Part shown: positions 35,616 through 48,342 of the stretch, piece after piece | Position numbering within the stretch: the stretch's first letter is position 1 | Layout: each line of letters begins with the position of its first letter | From: Camelus dromedarius | Taxonomy: Eukaryota | Direction of reading: 5' to 3' | Length of the DNA stretch: 64,000 nt | Assembly: GCF_036321535.1 (NCBI RefSeq) | Contig: NC_087436.1 | Coordinates: forward strand, 18,726,001 to 18,790,000 | Notes under the pieces: generated by a model | Database searches by the model: none | What the model was told of the DNA's origin: nothing | Seen by the model: the letters and a program-made list of their open reading frames with translations, nothing else | Made by a program: the position numbers and the translations under genes

Positions 35616-37844
35616 GCCACTGGGTAACCGGCTCTCTGGGTTTTAAATTGCTTTCGTTGTTTTTGTTTCTCTCTGCTTTTGCTTATACTTGTAGAAATGA
35701 TGCAGGGGTACTTCTGCGGATGTGCAGTGCAGAAATGAATGCAAAATTTACAGGCCCCAAAGCTTAAGCCATTTTTTAAGAAACAGGACTCAGAATTACA
35801 AATAGAAAATTAGGAAGAGAGTTGTCCTTGGAAGGTCCCCGTGCCAGTGAGGGGCTCTGGAACTCAAGCTGCATTGTGTCATGACAGATCCACTCATTTC
35901 TGGTGTCGTGGAAAGGGTTTTATAGCTATTCCTGGCTTTAGATGTTAACCAAAGTTGATTATCAAGTTTGAGAATTGCTTGAAGCACCATTCTTCAGAAG
36001 CCCCACCCTACTTTCCCCCTTCTGTTTTCCTCTTGTACCCCATCGTCCAGTGCCCTTGGACTCAGACAGCTCAGGTTAAAAACTCTTTGTTTCTTTGATT
36101 GTCTTATAATTGGTTTAGAGTTTTTCTGTTGAACTATTTCATCCTTCCACACACGTGTACACATCCTTTGTAACAGGATACCTCTGAGGGACAGTGTGAG
36201 TGTGTCTGAAGTGGTATGGAGCTGGGAGATGGAACGGAAAAAAGATGATGGGGTTCATGTATGTTAACAGTCACGTTTTAGAAATTCTATTTTCTGTGGA
36301 AAAAAAAAATACTGGGAAAACTGGAAATATTCCAAGAGCCTGTTACAGTGATGTTCCAAAGCTTCACTTTTGAAGATCAAAGACCCTGGATAGTTTGAGG
36401 TGCTTTATTGGATCAGAGCCCCTGCCTCTTTTTGTTGCACATTCTTCTCTCCTTTGAAATCTTATTCAACACATGCGTATCTCTTACCCTATTTGTCAAG
36501 CAATTTTACTGTAAGAAATGGTGTCTATTCCATGAAATGCTCTCTCTATAGAAATAGTACTCTTATTTTTTTTCCGAAATAGAGGGACAGATGAGCTGGC
36601 TAATTTATTCCATTCCAAATGCTTTGTAACAAAAGTTGAAATGAATGAAAATGATTGAATTTGTAGGCCTGGTCTGCAGATATGAAAAACGGCTGGAGAC
36701 CATTGAGTATGGAATGGCTTTAATTTTCTCCGTGGATCTCAGCCCATGATATGCCTGCTTTCTGTTAACTTTTATAGAAGGGAAAGAAATACAGCAAGCA
36801 AGAGCTTTCAGAACGGCTGTACTTGAAAAGAACCAGTGCCTGAAGCCCTAAGATGGTTATAACAATGGGGTATTGTTCTGGAGGAGTGGGAGGGGAGGGG
36901 GACAGAACAGTGGGGGGTTTGGAGAATTAGACGGACAGACTCATTAATGTGAACTCGCTGGATCATGCCCTATCAGATGGCTTCCTCCGTGGGCAGGAGG
37001 GCCAGGGGATGCTGCGGGACCACCGGAGCTAGGACTTGGTGTGATGAATAAGAGGTGATGAGAATACCGTTTCAGACTACTGTCCCTAGATTTTTGCTCT
37101 GTGGTTTAAATAACAATGTGCTTGATATTGATGGGACTAAAGAATGGTAGATGTTGCTCATTCTTTTAGCTTTTTACTCCAATGCTGATGGTTCATTAAA
37201 TGAATACAACAGGGTCCCCTGGTGATACCCATGGATACAGGAGGAGACCATCCAGTAGTACACCGATTCTTCACTGAAAACACAGCAGATCTTCAGTTTT
37301 CACGTTTTGCTGTAATTGCGCAGCACCCCACTGCTGAGAACGGTAACCCCAGCTTCCCGGCCGAGTACTTGAGTCGGGCATCCTGGGTGATGTACAGCAA
37401 CATTTAGTCACTAGGACTTTGGTTTTCACGTCCTGTAAACACGAAGTGGAAGAAAGCAGTCCCTGCCCCCATCCTGCAGAGAGGACGGATTTGTTATTCA
37501 CGGCTCATGATCATACCCTTAATCTTCCTTTTTAATTTTTTTTAAGGTAGTATTGAAACCATCCGAGCTGCTTTAAAGTCCATTTATTTTACTAAATTAG
37601 CTTTCTCGGACTGTGCCCTTTTCTTTACACGCTGCCATGTAACGTGATTAATTCTGGCACACATGCACCTGTGTTTATAAATCTGACAATTTAGTCTGTA
37701 GATGAAGGAACTTGGAGTCAGAAATTTGTGCCAAATGAAGTCTATTGGTGGGCTCCAGGTTTTTCCCTTCTTGATACTCTATATTAACATTTCCCTGTAT
37801 GGATAAATATGTTCATCTTTAAGGATCAGGTTATTTAAAGAGAA

Positions 37845-38625
37845 AGTATAGTATAGTGATAAAAAACAGAGAACTTAGAGCCAGAGGAGAACCAGGTTCA
37901 AATATTAAGTTCACAACTTACTGTGTGACCTTAAGAAAGTAACTTCACCTCTCTGGGCCCCAGGAGCCTCAGTTGTAAAATGGTGATTGTGGTAGCTGGT
38001 TTCTAAGATGGTCCTAGCAATCCCTGCCTTCTGGTATTCATGAAGACCTGGATGTAGTCTCCTCCCATGCTGAGTCGGGTTGACTTGTGTAACCAAGAGG
38101 AAATTGTGGAAATGGTGGTGTGTGACTTCTGGGGCTAGGTAATAAAAGACACTGTGGCTTCTCCCTTGCCCCTTCTCTTGGATTCAGCCTGGGAGAAGCC
38201 AGGGGCCGTGTTGTAAGGACAGTCAAATAGTCCAAGGAAAGGCCTGCTTGGCAGGAGCTGAGGTTTTCTGCCAACAATCAGCACCATATGGGTATCTTGG
38301 AAGCACATCCCTCAGCCCCAGTGAAGCCTTCACTTGTCTGCAACCCTGACTGACATATTGACGGCAACCTCATGAGAGATCTTAAGCTAGAAACACCCAG
38401 TTAAGCTGCTCCCAAATTCCTGACCCACAGGAACTGAGCGAGATGATAGATGTTGATTGTCGAGCTGCTGAGTTTGGGATGCTCTGGGATACAGCCATGG
38501 GTAACTGTTACAGTTACAAGGATAGTACCTCCTCAGTAAGATTGTTTGGAGGAGTACATGTGACAATGTAAGGGCTTTGCACAGAGCCTGGCGCTTAGTG
38601 TTATTCAGAAAAAAGCATTATTTAT
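37845..38625 (+). mobile_element. MIR SINE split by an MLT1 LTR
   Basis: CTGTGTGACCTTAAGAAAGTAACTTCACCTCTCTGGGCC...GTAAAATGG, resuming at 38513 with TAGTACCTCCTCA...ACAGAGCCTGGC. Confidence 0.8.
37988..38512 (+). mobile_element. MLT1F-like MaLR solo LTR
   Basis: TGTGGTAGCTGGTTTCTAAGATGG...AAGCTGCTCCCAAATTCCTGACCCACAG...TAACTGTTACA. Confidence 0.88.
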
Positions 38626-38757
38626 GGATGGAACTTGACACAAGATAATGAATTCTCCTCCCCAGCACCTGTACTCCAAATGCTTTATGTGTTTTTGTGT
38701 TTTGTTGACGGGTAATTCCAGACTTACAGTAGGATCCTGAGTGAGCTATAAATGGAG

Positions 38758-39260
38758 TGGCATATCTGATTCTTCTTACGTCCCACCTTGCAAACTCTTA
38801 CCCTACTTGTGAATGTCAGCCTTGCTGTTGTAGCCAGCTGCAGGGCAGTGTTAGCCTGATGACAGCTGCCCCAGCTTCACAGGTGCCTCTTGCTCAATGG
38901 TGGGGCTGCCTCGTGACTCACCCGCAGGGGCCCTTTCAGCCATTTGGATGCATGTGTGAACCTGGACCCTCAGGGAACGGGAGGCGGTGGATAAATACTC
39001 CCCTTTCCAATCCTTTGGCTGGATAATTCTAAGGCACCTTCTTTGTGGGCCTAGGAGTTGTCCCCTGCTGGGTGGAGACCTCCTGCTTGCAGTGGAGATC
39101 TGTGGAGTAGTGTACCTTTGGATTGGCTTTCATTCCTTTGTCTCACTCCTCTCACTCCCCCACTTCTGATCCTCGGGCTCATTGCCTGAAATAAACTAGG
39201 AGCTTGCCAGCCCTGAATGTCTCTGGCTCTGCTCCTTGGAGGTAACCTTAGGCTGAGGCA
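38758..39260 (+). mobile_element. LTR16-like ERVL solo LTR
   Basis: GGATAAATACTCCCC...GGATAATTCTAAGG...ATTGGCTTTCATTCCTT...AAATAAACTA...CTCTGCT...GGTAACCTTAGGCTGAGGCA. Confidence 0.72.
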
Positions 39261-39379
39261 GATGGCTCTAATAAGAGTTGGCTGAGTGTTGTTTTCTTGA
39301 TGTGTGTTCATGAAACCATTACCATGAAACCTGCTTTACTCCCTGCCATAGTTTTCCACTGTTCTGGGGACGAGGTCTC

Positions 39380-39822
39380 AAATATCTCATGTAGTGGCAG
39401 GGACCTCCACAAACTGAGTCCTGCCTACGTTTTCAGCTTCCTCTCCCAGCTGGCTGCCCCATCTCTTCTCTGCCTTGGCCTTACTGGACTTGATTCAATT
39501 CCTTTTCCGTGACAGTCTCTCTTTGTCCGTGAACCAAGAGCATGCTGTTTCTTCTTACTTTGCTTGACCAATTGTCACTCGTTGCTCAGGTCTCAGTCTA
39601 AATACCACATCCCCAGGAAGGCCTTAAAGACGTCACTTTAAACATCCTCATATCAATCTGAACTTCTCTTTTCTTAACACTGGTTGTGCTTTTAAGTATT
39701 TTCTTAATGTTTGTATTTCCCTTTTGACTGTAGTCTCTGTGAGGGCAGGAGCTGTGACTGTCTTGTTCTCTGTTGCTTAATGTCTGGCTTAGAGAACATT
39801 TCAGCAAATTGAATGAAAGAAT
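39380..39822 (+). mobile_element. L2 3' remnant
   Basis: TCAGGTCTCAGTCTAAATACCACATCCCCAGGAAGGCCTT; GACTGTAGTCTCTGTGAGGGCAGG; TGAATGAA end. Confidence 0.75.
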
Positions 39823-39883
39823 TTACCTGGGCAAAAGCCACTTGGCTGGTGATTTTTCTGTGCTGTTTTTTAAAAAATGCCTT

Positions 39884-40040
39884 GGAGGGGAGGGTACAGC
39901 TCAGTAGTAGAGCACTTGCTTAGCATGCACGAGGTCCCGGGTTCAATCCCCAGTACCTCCATTAAAAACAAACAAACAAACAAACAAACCAAATTACCTC
40001 CCCCACAAGCAAAAAATAAAAAAAATTTTTAAAAATCCTC
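39884..40040 (+). mobile_element. Camelid tRNA-derived SINE (Vic-1 type)
   Basis: Boxes A and B, (AAAC)n spacer, AATTACCTCCCCC; TSD AAAAAATGCCTT / AAAAAATACCTT (39872-39883 / 40041-40052). Confidence 0.95.
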
Positions 40041-40722
40041 AAAAAATACCTTATTCTATCCTTTTAAAATATGAATCATTTGCAAAAGGGCCTCCTTGAG
40101 CTGCTGAAACAAGGCATTACTTTAATAACACAAATGACAAATTTGTTGGTAGTAAAAGGATTTACTTTTACATTTTTGGTCACTTTGCAAAAGGCAGTAT
40201 CATAGGCTCACACCAGCAGATGAGCTAGCTGCCTCGGTACTTTTAGATTATAATTCAGTTTCCAAAATGTAATGGACAGTCAACTTTTAGAGACAGTCTC
40301 TTGTGTAGAATCTACTCCTTCTTAAGTAAAACTTATAGTTTCTACTCATGTAATCTAAGCTCTATTTAAATTAAAAAAAACACTATGTCTCTAATATATG
40401 TAGAAAGAGGACTCTGTTGATGAGTCACTAGGAAACAGGGTGTGCCCATCCTAGGAAATCTAGCCATTTCAGACACAGCAACTCTGTTCAGATAGCAGAG
40501 GGTTACATCAGAATTCTGGAATATTTAAGAATAGAGAGTCTTTTATGAATGAGATCATGCTTCAAAATATATTTGGATAAAGTCTAGGACCATCTTGTAT
40601 AAGCTGGCATCAAATGGTCTAAGTTTGTCAACTGATACTGAAAATCTGGAATTGTATCAGAATTATATTATGATATAGGTAAGAAACCTCTGAATAGTGC
40701 TGCATTTAACACAAGTTTTATG

Positions 40723-40817
40723 TATTTTTTAATTGAAGTCTAGCTGATTTACAGTGTTGTGTTAGTGTCTGGTATACAGCATGGTGATTCAGTCATACAT
40801 GTACATATTCTTTTTTC
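40723..40817 (-). mobile_element. Very short L1 3' terminus
   Basis: TTTTTTAATTGAAGTCTAGCTGATTTACAGTGTTGTGTTAGTGTCTGGTATACAGCATGGTGATTCAGT. Confidence 0.85.
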
Positions 40818-41577
40818 TAAAACAACTTTTTTCTTTTTGATGACTATGTTTGCAAAAATGGAAGTCAACTCTGTGGTAGATCAATGAGGCACAAAGGGAG
40901 CTCCCTTGATATTTTACAAAGGGCTGGATACTAAGTTCATGATGTCCTTCACAGTTTTCAAGACCACATACTTTATGTGACAAGAAACCATTCATTCAAC
41001 AGATATTTATTGAAGGCTTACTCTTCACAGATACTTCTCCAAGCGAATGAAATAGAGCAAGAACAAAATATATCTCAGCACGTTCTCTTCAAGAACAAAT
41101 TTTGCATGGCCAAGGGCTTTGCAAAACCTCATGGAAAGGAAATGGTTGACATCATTGGGAATTAATGTTGGTCAGCCTACAGGAAATTGTCAACAGATTT
41201 CCCACGGTGTTTTCTGAAGAATTAGGATCTTCCAAAGAGGAAGCAGTGTTGTGTATTTCATCTAGATCCAGCTGCTTTAGCGGCTTATTTGAAGGCTAGA
41301 AATGTTCACTTTCTCTAAAGAAATTGAGATAGCATTGAAGTAAGCTAGTTGAACTAACACAAGTTCCCTCTGCTGGGGCTGACCCCTCTTTCCTCTCCCT
41401 AGATCAGGGGAGACTCAGCCACACGTAGTGAGTTGTTGCCTAAGACCAGAGAAGAATCATGTACAGAGAAGACAAAGGCTATTGGCAGTCCTAGAAATTA
41501 AGAACCATATTTTGATTAAAAATTAAAAATGAATTCCTAGGACAAAATGGAAGAGATCATGAATGTGGAATCTAGAG

Positions 41578-41673
41578 CAGTGGTTCTAAAGCTTGAGTGG
41601 GCATCAGAATCACCTGTGAGACTTCAGCTTAACCACAGCAATTCTGACACGTATTGAAGTTTGAGAACCACTC
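41578..41673. mobile_element. MER5A-like MITE
   Basis: TIRs CAGTGGTTCT...TTTGAGAACCACT; GCATCAGAATCACCTG. Confidence 0.85.
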
Positions 41674-43680
41674 ACCCAAATGTGAAAATCCATTTGGTGA
41701 CAAACTCCCTGCTGGCACTTTCTCAAATATTTCCAGACTCACTAGGTGAGAAGGCAACCTTCTATGTAGCCTGAAGTAGAAAACTTAGTATAACAAATAA
41801 AAAAGTCATTAAAAAAACATTGGAAATTCTTGTTTCTTAGTAGATTATGTTAATTAAGAAGGTTGTTTATGACTGAGGGTGCTGGGATTCAATTTTAGAT
41901 CAAGTGTTCCTTTGATTCATTAGTCAGCACTGTAAAATACTTTCATTCGTTGTTATCCAAACGCTGCTAACAGGGCATGAGTTTGGACCTTCGCACCATT
42001 GACTATGGAACTAGGGATCTTTATACCTTAAAAGAGTTTTTATTTTAAGTATACCAAGGGTATATGGAATCCCATAGGTCAGTGGGAAGATGTGAATTGC
42101 ATTAATGGGATTGCTGCTGCTCTTGGGTAAAGCCAGTGGTTTGCATGGTTTAAATCCGAAGAGAGTCTTATGGGTTTTGTTTTCTTTCCTTGACTGTTAC
42201 TCAATTTAATGTATTTCTAAACTGAAAAAACAAATACTTTTAAAAAATACTAGATTATAGAAATCCTTGGTTAGCCACATCTGCAAAGATTTCTTTCTGA
42301 AAGATGGTGGGAACAGTGTTTCCTATGTTGCTTTCTCTCAACATTCTGAACTTGGTGTATAAATTGTATGCTTTTAGCACATCATTCTTTTCTTAAAATT
42401 CTTTCAGTGTTTCTTTACAAAAAGCAGTGGAAATTTACCAGAGTAAGTCATAAGTCTTTGCTGCAGTTGACTCCAACAAACTTGAACTGTACAACAAAAT
42501 GAACATACAATTAAAAAAATTGGCAGATCTAGCTATTAAGTATAGTTTGGCCCCAAGGAAAAATGAAAAATAAGTTATGAGTTGAGTTGTATCTGGTGTA
42601 ATAGAGCCAGGCTTTGAAGTATGAACAGAATTTAGAAACTCTCACAATCCTTGTCTGAAGCAAAAATCTCTTTTCTTTTGCAGTGTGTTCTTGAATTAGA
42701 AACCTATGTTTCCCAGCTGTTAAAAATCACTTTTTCCTTTATTATAGTGTTGGACACTGTGATACCTTAAAGTGCGCGTTGCTTATCTTGGACGTGGTGT
42801 GAACACTGAATGAATAGGGGAGGAAATTATAGCTATTTAACAACTGTTTGCAAAGGTTCCAAGGTTCTTGGGAGGGAGCAGGAAGTATTAATTTAAGAAT
42901 AGTTCCCAAAGCCAAAAAGAAGAGAGAAGAAAAAAGCATCTTATTTCTTAATCTGTTTGGATTACCTCTAAGGAGATGAGTAATGAATGTAAGTCAGGAT
43001 TAGTACACAGGAAGGGTTCCTAAGAGACCGTCTAGACTCTGGGCTATCTTTCTCTTTCACCGAACTCCTCCTATTTTTTTAGAGAGAAAATTCGCTGCTG
43101 TATTCTTAAGTACTTTGAAGGAAAGAGAATTAAGAAACTCTGAATAATCAATCCAACATCTAATAAAAACTTCATCATCAAAAACCAAAAAAAATTTTTT
43201 AAACTTCTTTAATTGCAGTTGTGTTTTCTTAGGACCTATAGATCCAGTCACTTTACATCTTTCATTTGTATAGTTTGTTTTTCTGCGTATTTAATAAAAT
43301 TTGGTCAAAATCATATTTAATTCTAACACATTGGAAAATCACTACCCTTTGCCTTAAAATTTCAAGTTGTATGTTAATTTAACTATGGTGTTTCTCTAAG
43401 TCAGCAACAGAGATATCTTTATTATCACTGACACATTTTAAACTACTATTGGGAAAAACTTCCTAGTAAAATTGTTTAATGTCTTATATATATCTTTTAT
43501 AAATTTATGAAAAGTTCAAACATAGAAGCTAAGATGAAGAGTTCATACATTCAGCTAAGATGACCCTGTAAAGAAAGGATAAATCCTCTATTTTTCTCCC
43601 CAACTCCAGTGGTACATAAAGATTGGAAAATAGTTTTAAAAAAGAAATTTGTGTATGCAACTCCTATAAGTAATATAAAT

Positions 43681-43792
43681 GAGTGCATGCTTAGCATGCA
43701 TGAGGTCCTGGGTTCAATCCCTGGCACCTCCTCTGAAAATAAATAAGAAAATCTAATTAACTACCCCTGCCAAAAAAAAAAATTATATATAT
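43681..43792 (+). mobile_element. Camelid tRNA-derived SINE (Vic-1 type), 5'-truncated
   Basis: GAGTGCATGCTTAGCATGCATGAGGTCCTGGGTTCAATCCC; box A missing. Confidence 0.9.
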
Positions 43793-44177
43793 ATATACAT
43801 GAAAATATTACAGACCTTGGTGAGCAATTAGAAAAATCTCCTTATACTTCAATACGGGGATTGAAAACCAGCTGCATTTCCTTTTTCTTACAACAGCCAC
43901 ACTACAAAGGATGGCTGCTCACCTCACTGCACTTCAGCACTTTGGGGACAGTGGAATTTGTCACTGCCGCTTGGTTCTTTGCATCACGCTGTTTTGGAAG
44001 CCATTTTCTGCTGTTGTAGGAAATCACATTTCTCTTGAGGGGTATTTTTGCATGGCTGTGGAATGGGTGGGACCTCCTTACCAAAAGGCCCACTTTTTTC
44101 CTTGACTGCCATGTCTCCACTGAGGCAGAGCACGCAGCCTTTCCCTGGGACTCTTATTTGGGTCTCTTCCAAATATT

Positions 44178-44614
44178 TTAAAAAAAGTCTAGTTGTGTTA
44201 GTTTCCGGTGTACAACATAGTGATTCAGTTATATATATGTATATGTATATATATATTCTTTTTCATTATAAGTTATTACAAGAAATTGAATATAGTTCCC
44301 TGTGTTATACATACAGTAGGTCCTTGTTGTTTATCTGTTTTGTACATAGTAGTTTGTAACTGCTAATCCCAAACTCATTTATCCCTCCCCCACCTGCCCC
44401 TTTGGTAACCATAAGTTTGTTTTCTATGTCTGTGAGTCTGTTTCTGTTTTATAAATAAATTCATTTGTGTCCTTTTTTTTTTAGATTCCACGTATAAGTA
44501 ATGTATTTGTCTTTCTCTGTCTGACTTACTTCACTTAGTATGACAATCTCCAAGTCCATCCAAGTTGCTGCAAATGGCATTATTTCATCCTTTTTTATGG
44601 CTTAGTAGTGTTCT

Positions 44615-44655
<41 letters not shown>

Positions 44656-44750
44656 CATCTTCTTTATCTGATCATCTGTCCATGGACATTTAGGTTGTTT
44701 TCATGACTTGGCCTTTGTTACTAGTGCTTCTTTGAACACTGGGAGCATGT
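44178..44750 (-). mobile_element. L1 3' fragment
   Basis: ATATAGTTCCCTGTG...TTTGGTAACCATAAGTTTG...GTTGCTGCAAATGGCATTATTTCA. Confidence 0.92.
44618..44653. repeat. (AC)n microsatellite within L1
   Basis: About 18 AC units. Confidence 0.95.
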
Positions 44751-45589
44751 CGAATAGGTCTGGAATTTATCTGCTGCTCCTCTTCTCCCCTGTTCCATCT
44801 CCCTGCGTTGCAGTTTCTCCCCTTGATGAAAGCTTTATGTACCTGACACACAAATATTAAAATTGTTTGACAACTTACTACTTAAAATGCTCATCTATCT
44901 GGAAATAGCTCTGTAAATTTTGGTATACATTTGTTGAAGAGTATGCAACCAATAAAATAGAGAGTTTTCAGTGACTTGGAAAAAATGCTTATTTTAACTT
45001 GCCTATTCAGTGAGAAAAGCAAGATGTCAAATTGTATATACACTATTACCAGCACTAAGTAAAAAACAAACAAACAACAAACAAACAAACAAACTCTGCT
45101 TCTTTCTTTAGAAAATTTATGTGTAGAAAAAGTCTGAAAGAAAGTTACTAGGCCATGGGTGATAAACAGAGGTAACACTGTTGGCAATTTCTTTTTTTTT
45201 CCACTTTAACTGTTTTCAAATCAAAAGTTAGAAATCACAAATTTCTAACCTCTGTCAGATACCCATTTGCTTTTCCATAACTTGAAAGAACAGTTCCTCA
45301 TTCTGTAATTGATGTTGGCCATTGGGAGAAATAGAGAAGAAAAAAAGGTATATAAATAAAAGTAATATTTAATTCACCTAATTTTACTAGAAGTGTACAG
45401 ACTCATACATATTTAATGAATAACAAAATGACTGAAAAAGTTCAGTAGAAATCTTACTTTAATTTCACTTTCTAATTCTGTCTCTAACAACAGGAAATAC
45501 AGTTTTAAATAAAGCCCTTTAAGGTAAATATTTAAAAAAAAAGTTGTTGAAGACTTTAATCTGATATGGTTTACTAGTGATCATCAAAC

Positions 45590-45725
45590 CTTAATCCAGG
45601 ATAAATTCTTCAGTTCAGAGACGTAGCAGTTGAGACTCAGAAAGCTGAGTGATCTGTGCTGTGGAGCAACAGCGCTGGGTCTAGAATACCCATCTCCAGC
45701 CTGCCGTTAGAGCTCCCCTCCACCA
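45590..45725 (-). mobile_element. MIR remnant
   Basis: TTGAGACTCAGAAAGCTGAGTGATCTG...GCTGGGTCTAGAATACCCATCTCC. Confidence 0.45.
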
Positions 45726-47269
45726 TGACTGTGCCTCCCAGGAGCCAAATTAAATTCCAAGTCTTCTTTGGTCTGGAACAGTTTTAGTTTTGCGTTGCTG
45801 TTTCATCTGACATGCAAAGTATAAAAGCCAAAGAATATGAGAAGAACAGCTTTCCATGTGTCTGCTCTGCCAAAACTAATACGCATTGGCAAATGGAACC
45901 ACGAGAGCAATTTAGGAGTCTTCAGTCGTGGGGCAAGGCCCTCTTTCCAACGTGAATCACTTGAACAGCATGCTTGCAGACAGTGACCCAAGGAATAGGG
46001 CATGACTTGGGAAGGGGTATTTCCCAAAATGCAAATATCCACACATGGCTAATAAAGAGACCTTGTGGGACATTGCTCCCCTTCTAGCTTTTGCACTGCT
46101 TTCCCCCTTCGGCGCTAAGGAAGGGGGTGGGCATGTATTCCTGCTTCCATCTTTGTTTGTGTTCTTCACACCGTTTAGAGGGCAGCTCTGTTTATTACTA
46201 CTTCAAATTTTTTTCTTCTTCCTGCAGGACCATTATGTTGGCTAGTTGAAAAAAAAATTGCATTTTCTGTCTCTTTAGGAAATGGAGAGTAAGAGGAGTA
46301 TTTATTGAGGGAAACAGGACATTGCTTTGGGTCTGGCAGTTTTTGGGGAGACTGCTCAGCCTTGGGACTTGCGCCATTGATGCTAAGGCTATGCCAGTGG
46401 TTCTAAGGGTGTATATTTCCATGTTACTGTCTTAAACAATGCTCTCTGCCTTTCTGCCCTCATGGAGGCTTTGTAAATGAAAATAAAGTGGAGTATTTAT
46501 TTCTGTATCACCTTTAAGAACATTTGAAAACTTAATAAACTTAGAAAAGTGCTTTGCAGATCTGTTGTATTACATACTTCTCATAACACCCCATTGGGAG
46601 TATGTATCATTTTTCATATTTTAAAGATTAGACAAAAACTAGATTGCAGCTAAAAAATTGGCAGTACAGCATGGTCTTCTCATGGCCTGTGATCTCAAAT
46701 TCCGTGTCCTTTTCCTATACCCTCTGTGATTTCAGGCCCCTCTGCACCATTCCATTTACAGGGTAAAAATTCTCTGTAACTGTTGCACTTTGTGTAACAA
46801 GGCTCTTTTGTAATTATACTTCATTGCTTGTGTGAGTCACGCTAATCTGCATCTTTCTCAGGGAGGGAAGGGGTCATGGGCAATAATAACTTTAGAATTT
46901 TCTCTTGAGATAGTGTTTTTTTTGGTAGATTCGGTTCATTTTGCTATGTTGAAAGCCTGGAAATAATTTTAAAATGGTGGTTGAATTCAAATAGTGGTTT
47001 TTATTGGCAATATCTGTCTTGATTCGATTCAGTTTTTTAAAACGTGCATGCGTGAGCACACACTTAGTAATACAGAACAGTGGCGTTTTAAACTCAGGTT
47101 TTCTATTTGCCTGCTTAGGTGATTCTTCGGCCATCAGGAAGGAGGGTACTAGCACTGAAGGAAAGTTCTGTGCTGGTTCATTAGCAGTGTTCACAGGTTG
47201 CTGTTGTTGATAGTGTTCTTTAGACTGTGATGTGAATCAGTAATTGCTGGATGTTTCATCGTGATACTG

Positions 47270-47520
47270 TTTTTTAACTGAGATATTGTTGATGTATAAT
47301 GTTACATGTTATAGGTGAACAATATGGTGATTCACGTTTTCAAAGGTTACACTCCATTTATAGTTATTATAAAACATTGGCCGTATTTCCTGTGTTGTAC
47401 AGTATATCCTCAGAGCTTATTTACTTTGCACGTGATACTTTGTAACTCCTAATCCCTGTCTTGCCCCTGTCCCTTTTCCTCTCCCCACTAGTAAGCGCTA
47501 GTTTGTTCTCTATATCTGTA
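47270..47520 (-). mobile_element. L1 3'UTR fragment
   Basis: AAAGGTTACACTCCATTTATAGTTATTATAAAACATTGGCCGTATTTCCTGTGTTGTACA. Confidence 0.85.
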
Positions 47521-47679
47521 TCCTGTGTTTTTTTTTTTTTTTACCCTAACTCTATGAAACTGGCACAAATCAAAAAGTATGGGACTGTTTGTCCATCTTC
47601 TACTATACTACTCTTCAACACCATTAAAAAAAATGCCTTTGCTCATTCAAAAAATATTTATGGAGAACCTAGTGTAAAA

Positions 47680-47790
47680 TCTGGGCACAGAAGGGTGAGT
47701 GACTTACCCAAGATCTCATGGCTAGTAAGTGCTATGATCAGGACTTAAGTGAAATCTGTTTAGTTACAAAGCCAAGCACTTAACTGCTAA
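47680..47790 (-). mobile_element. MIR remnant
   Basis: GGCACAGAAGGGTGAGTGACTTACCCAAGATCTCATGGCTAGTAAGTG. Confidence 0.7.
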
Positions 47791-48342
47791 GCCAGTGTAA
47801 TATGTGCTCTGTGTGTGTGTGTGTGTATGAGTGAGAGAGGGGGAGAGAGGGAGAAAGAAAGATTAAAAGAACACATAAGACACAAACTTCCTGTCCCATT
47901 CCTTTCTAAGGACGGCGTGTTGGAAGTCCTGCTGTTTTCTGTATGAGCTCTGTGCTACCTAGACATGTATCTTCATTATTCCCTAATGCCAAGGAAATAT
48001 GGCTTGGTAGCATTTCAATGGGAGAACATAGATGTATAAGTAAGAATAATCATCTTTTTTTGAAAAAGAGACATTTTCTTAGTGACTTTTATTTTCTGAC
48101 TTTTGATGGATATTTTAATCTTCAAATTTTTAGAAAACTTAAAGGGTACGGGATTAAAAATAACTTCTTTTATACTTGAAAAATATTGGAAATGCACTTC
48201 AACAACACGGAGCAATCTTTCTCCTCTGCAGAGACCTTAGTGCTAGTGTTATGGGAAGGAGGTTATATGACAGGTGAACATACTCAGTTACTGCCCTAAA
48301 TCTGCTTGATTCAGAACAAAAGGAAGAAGATTGGCCCTAAAC

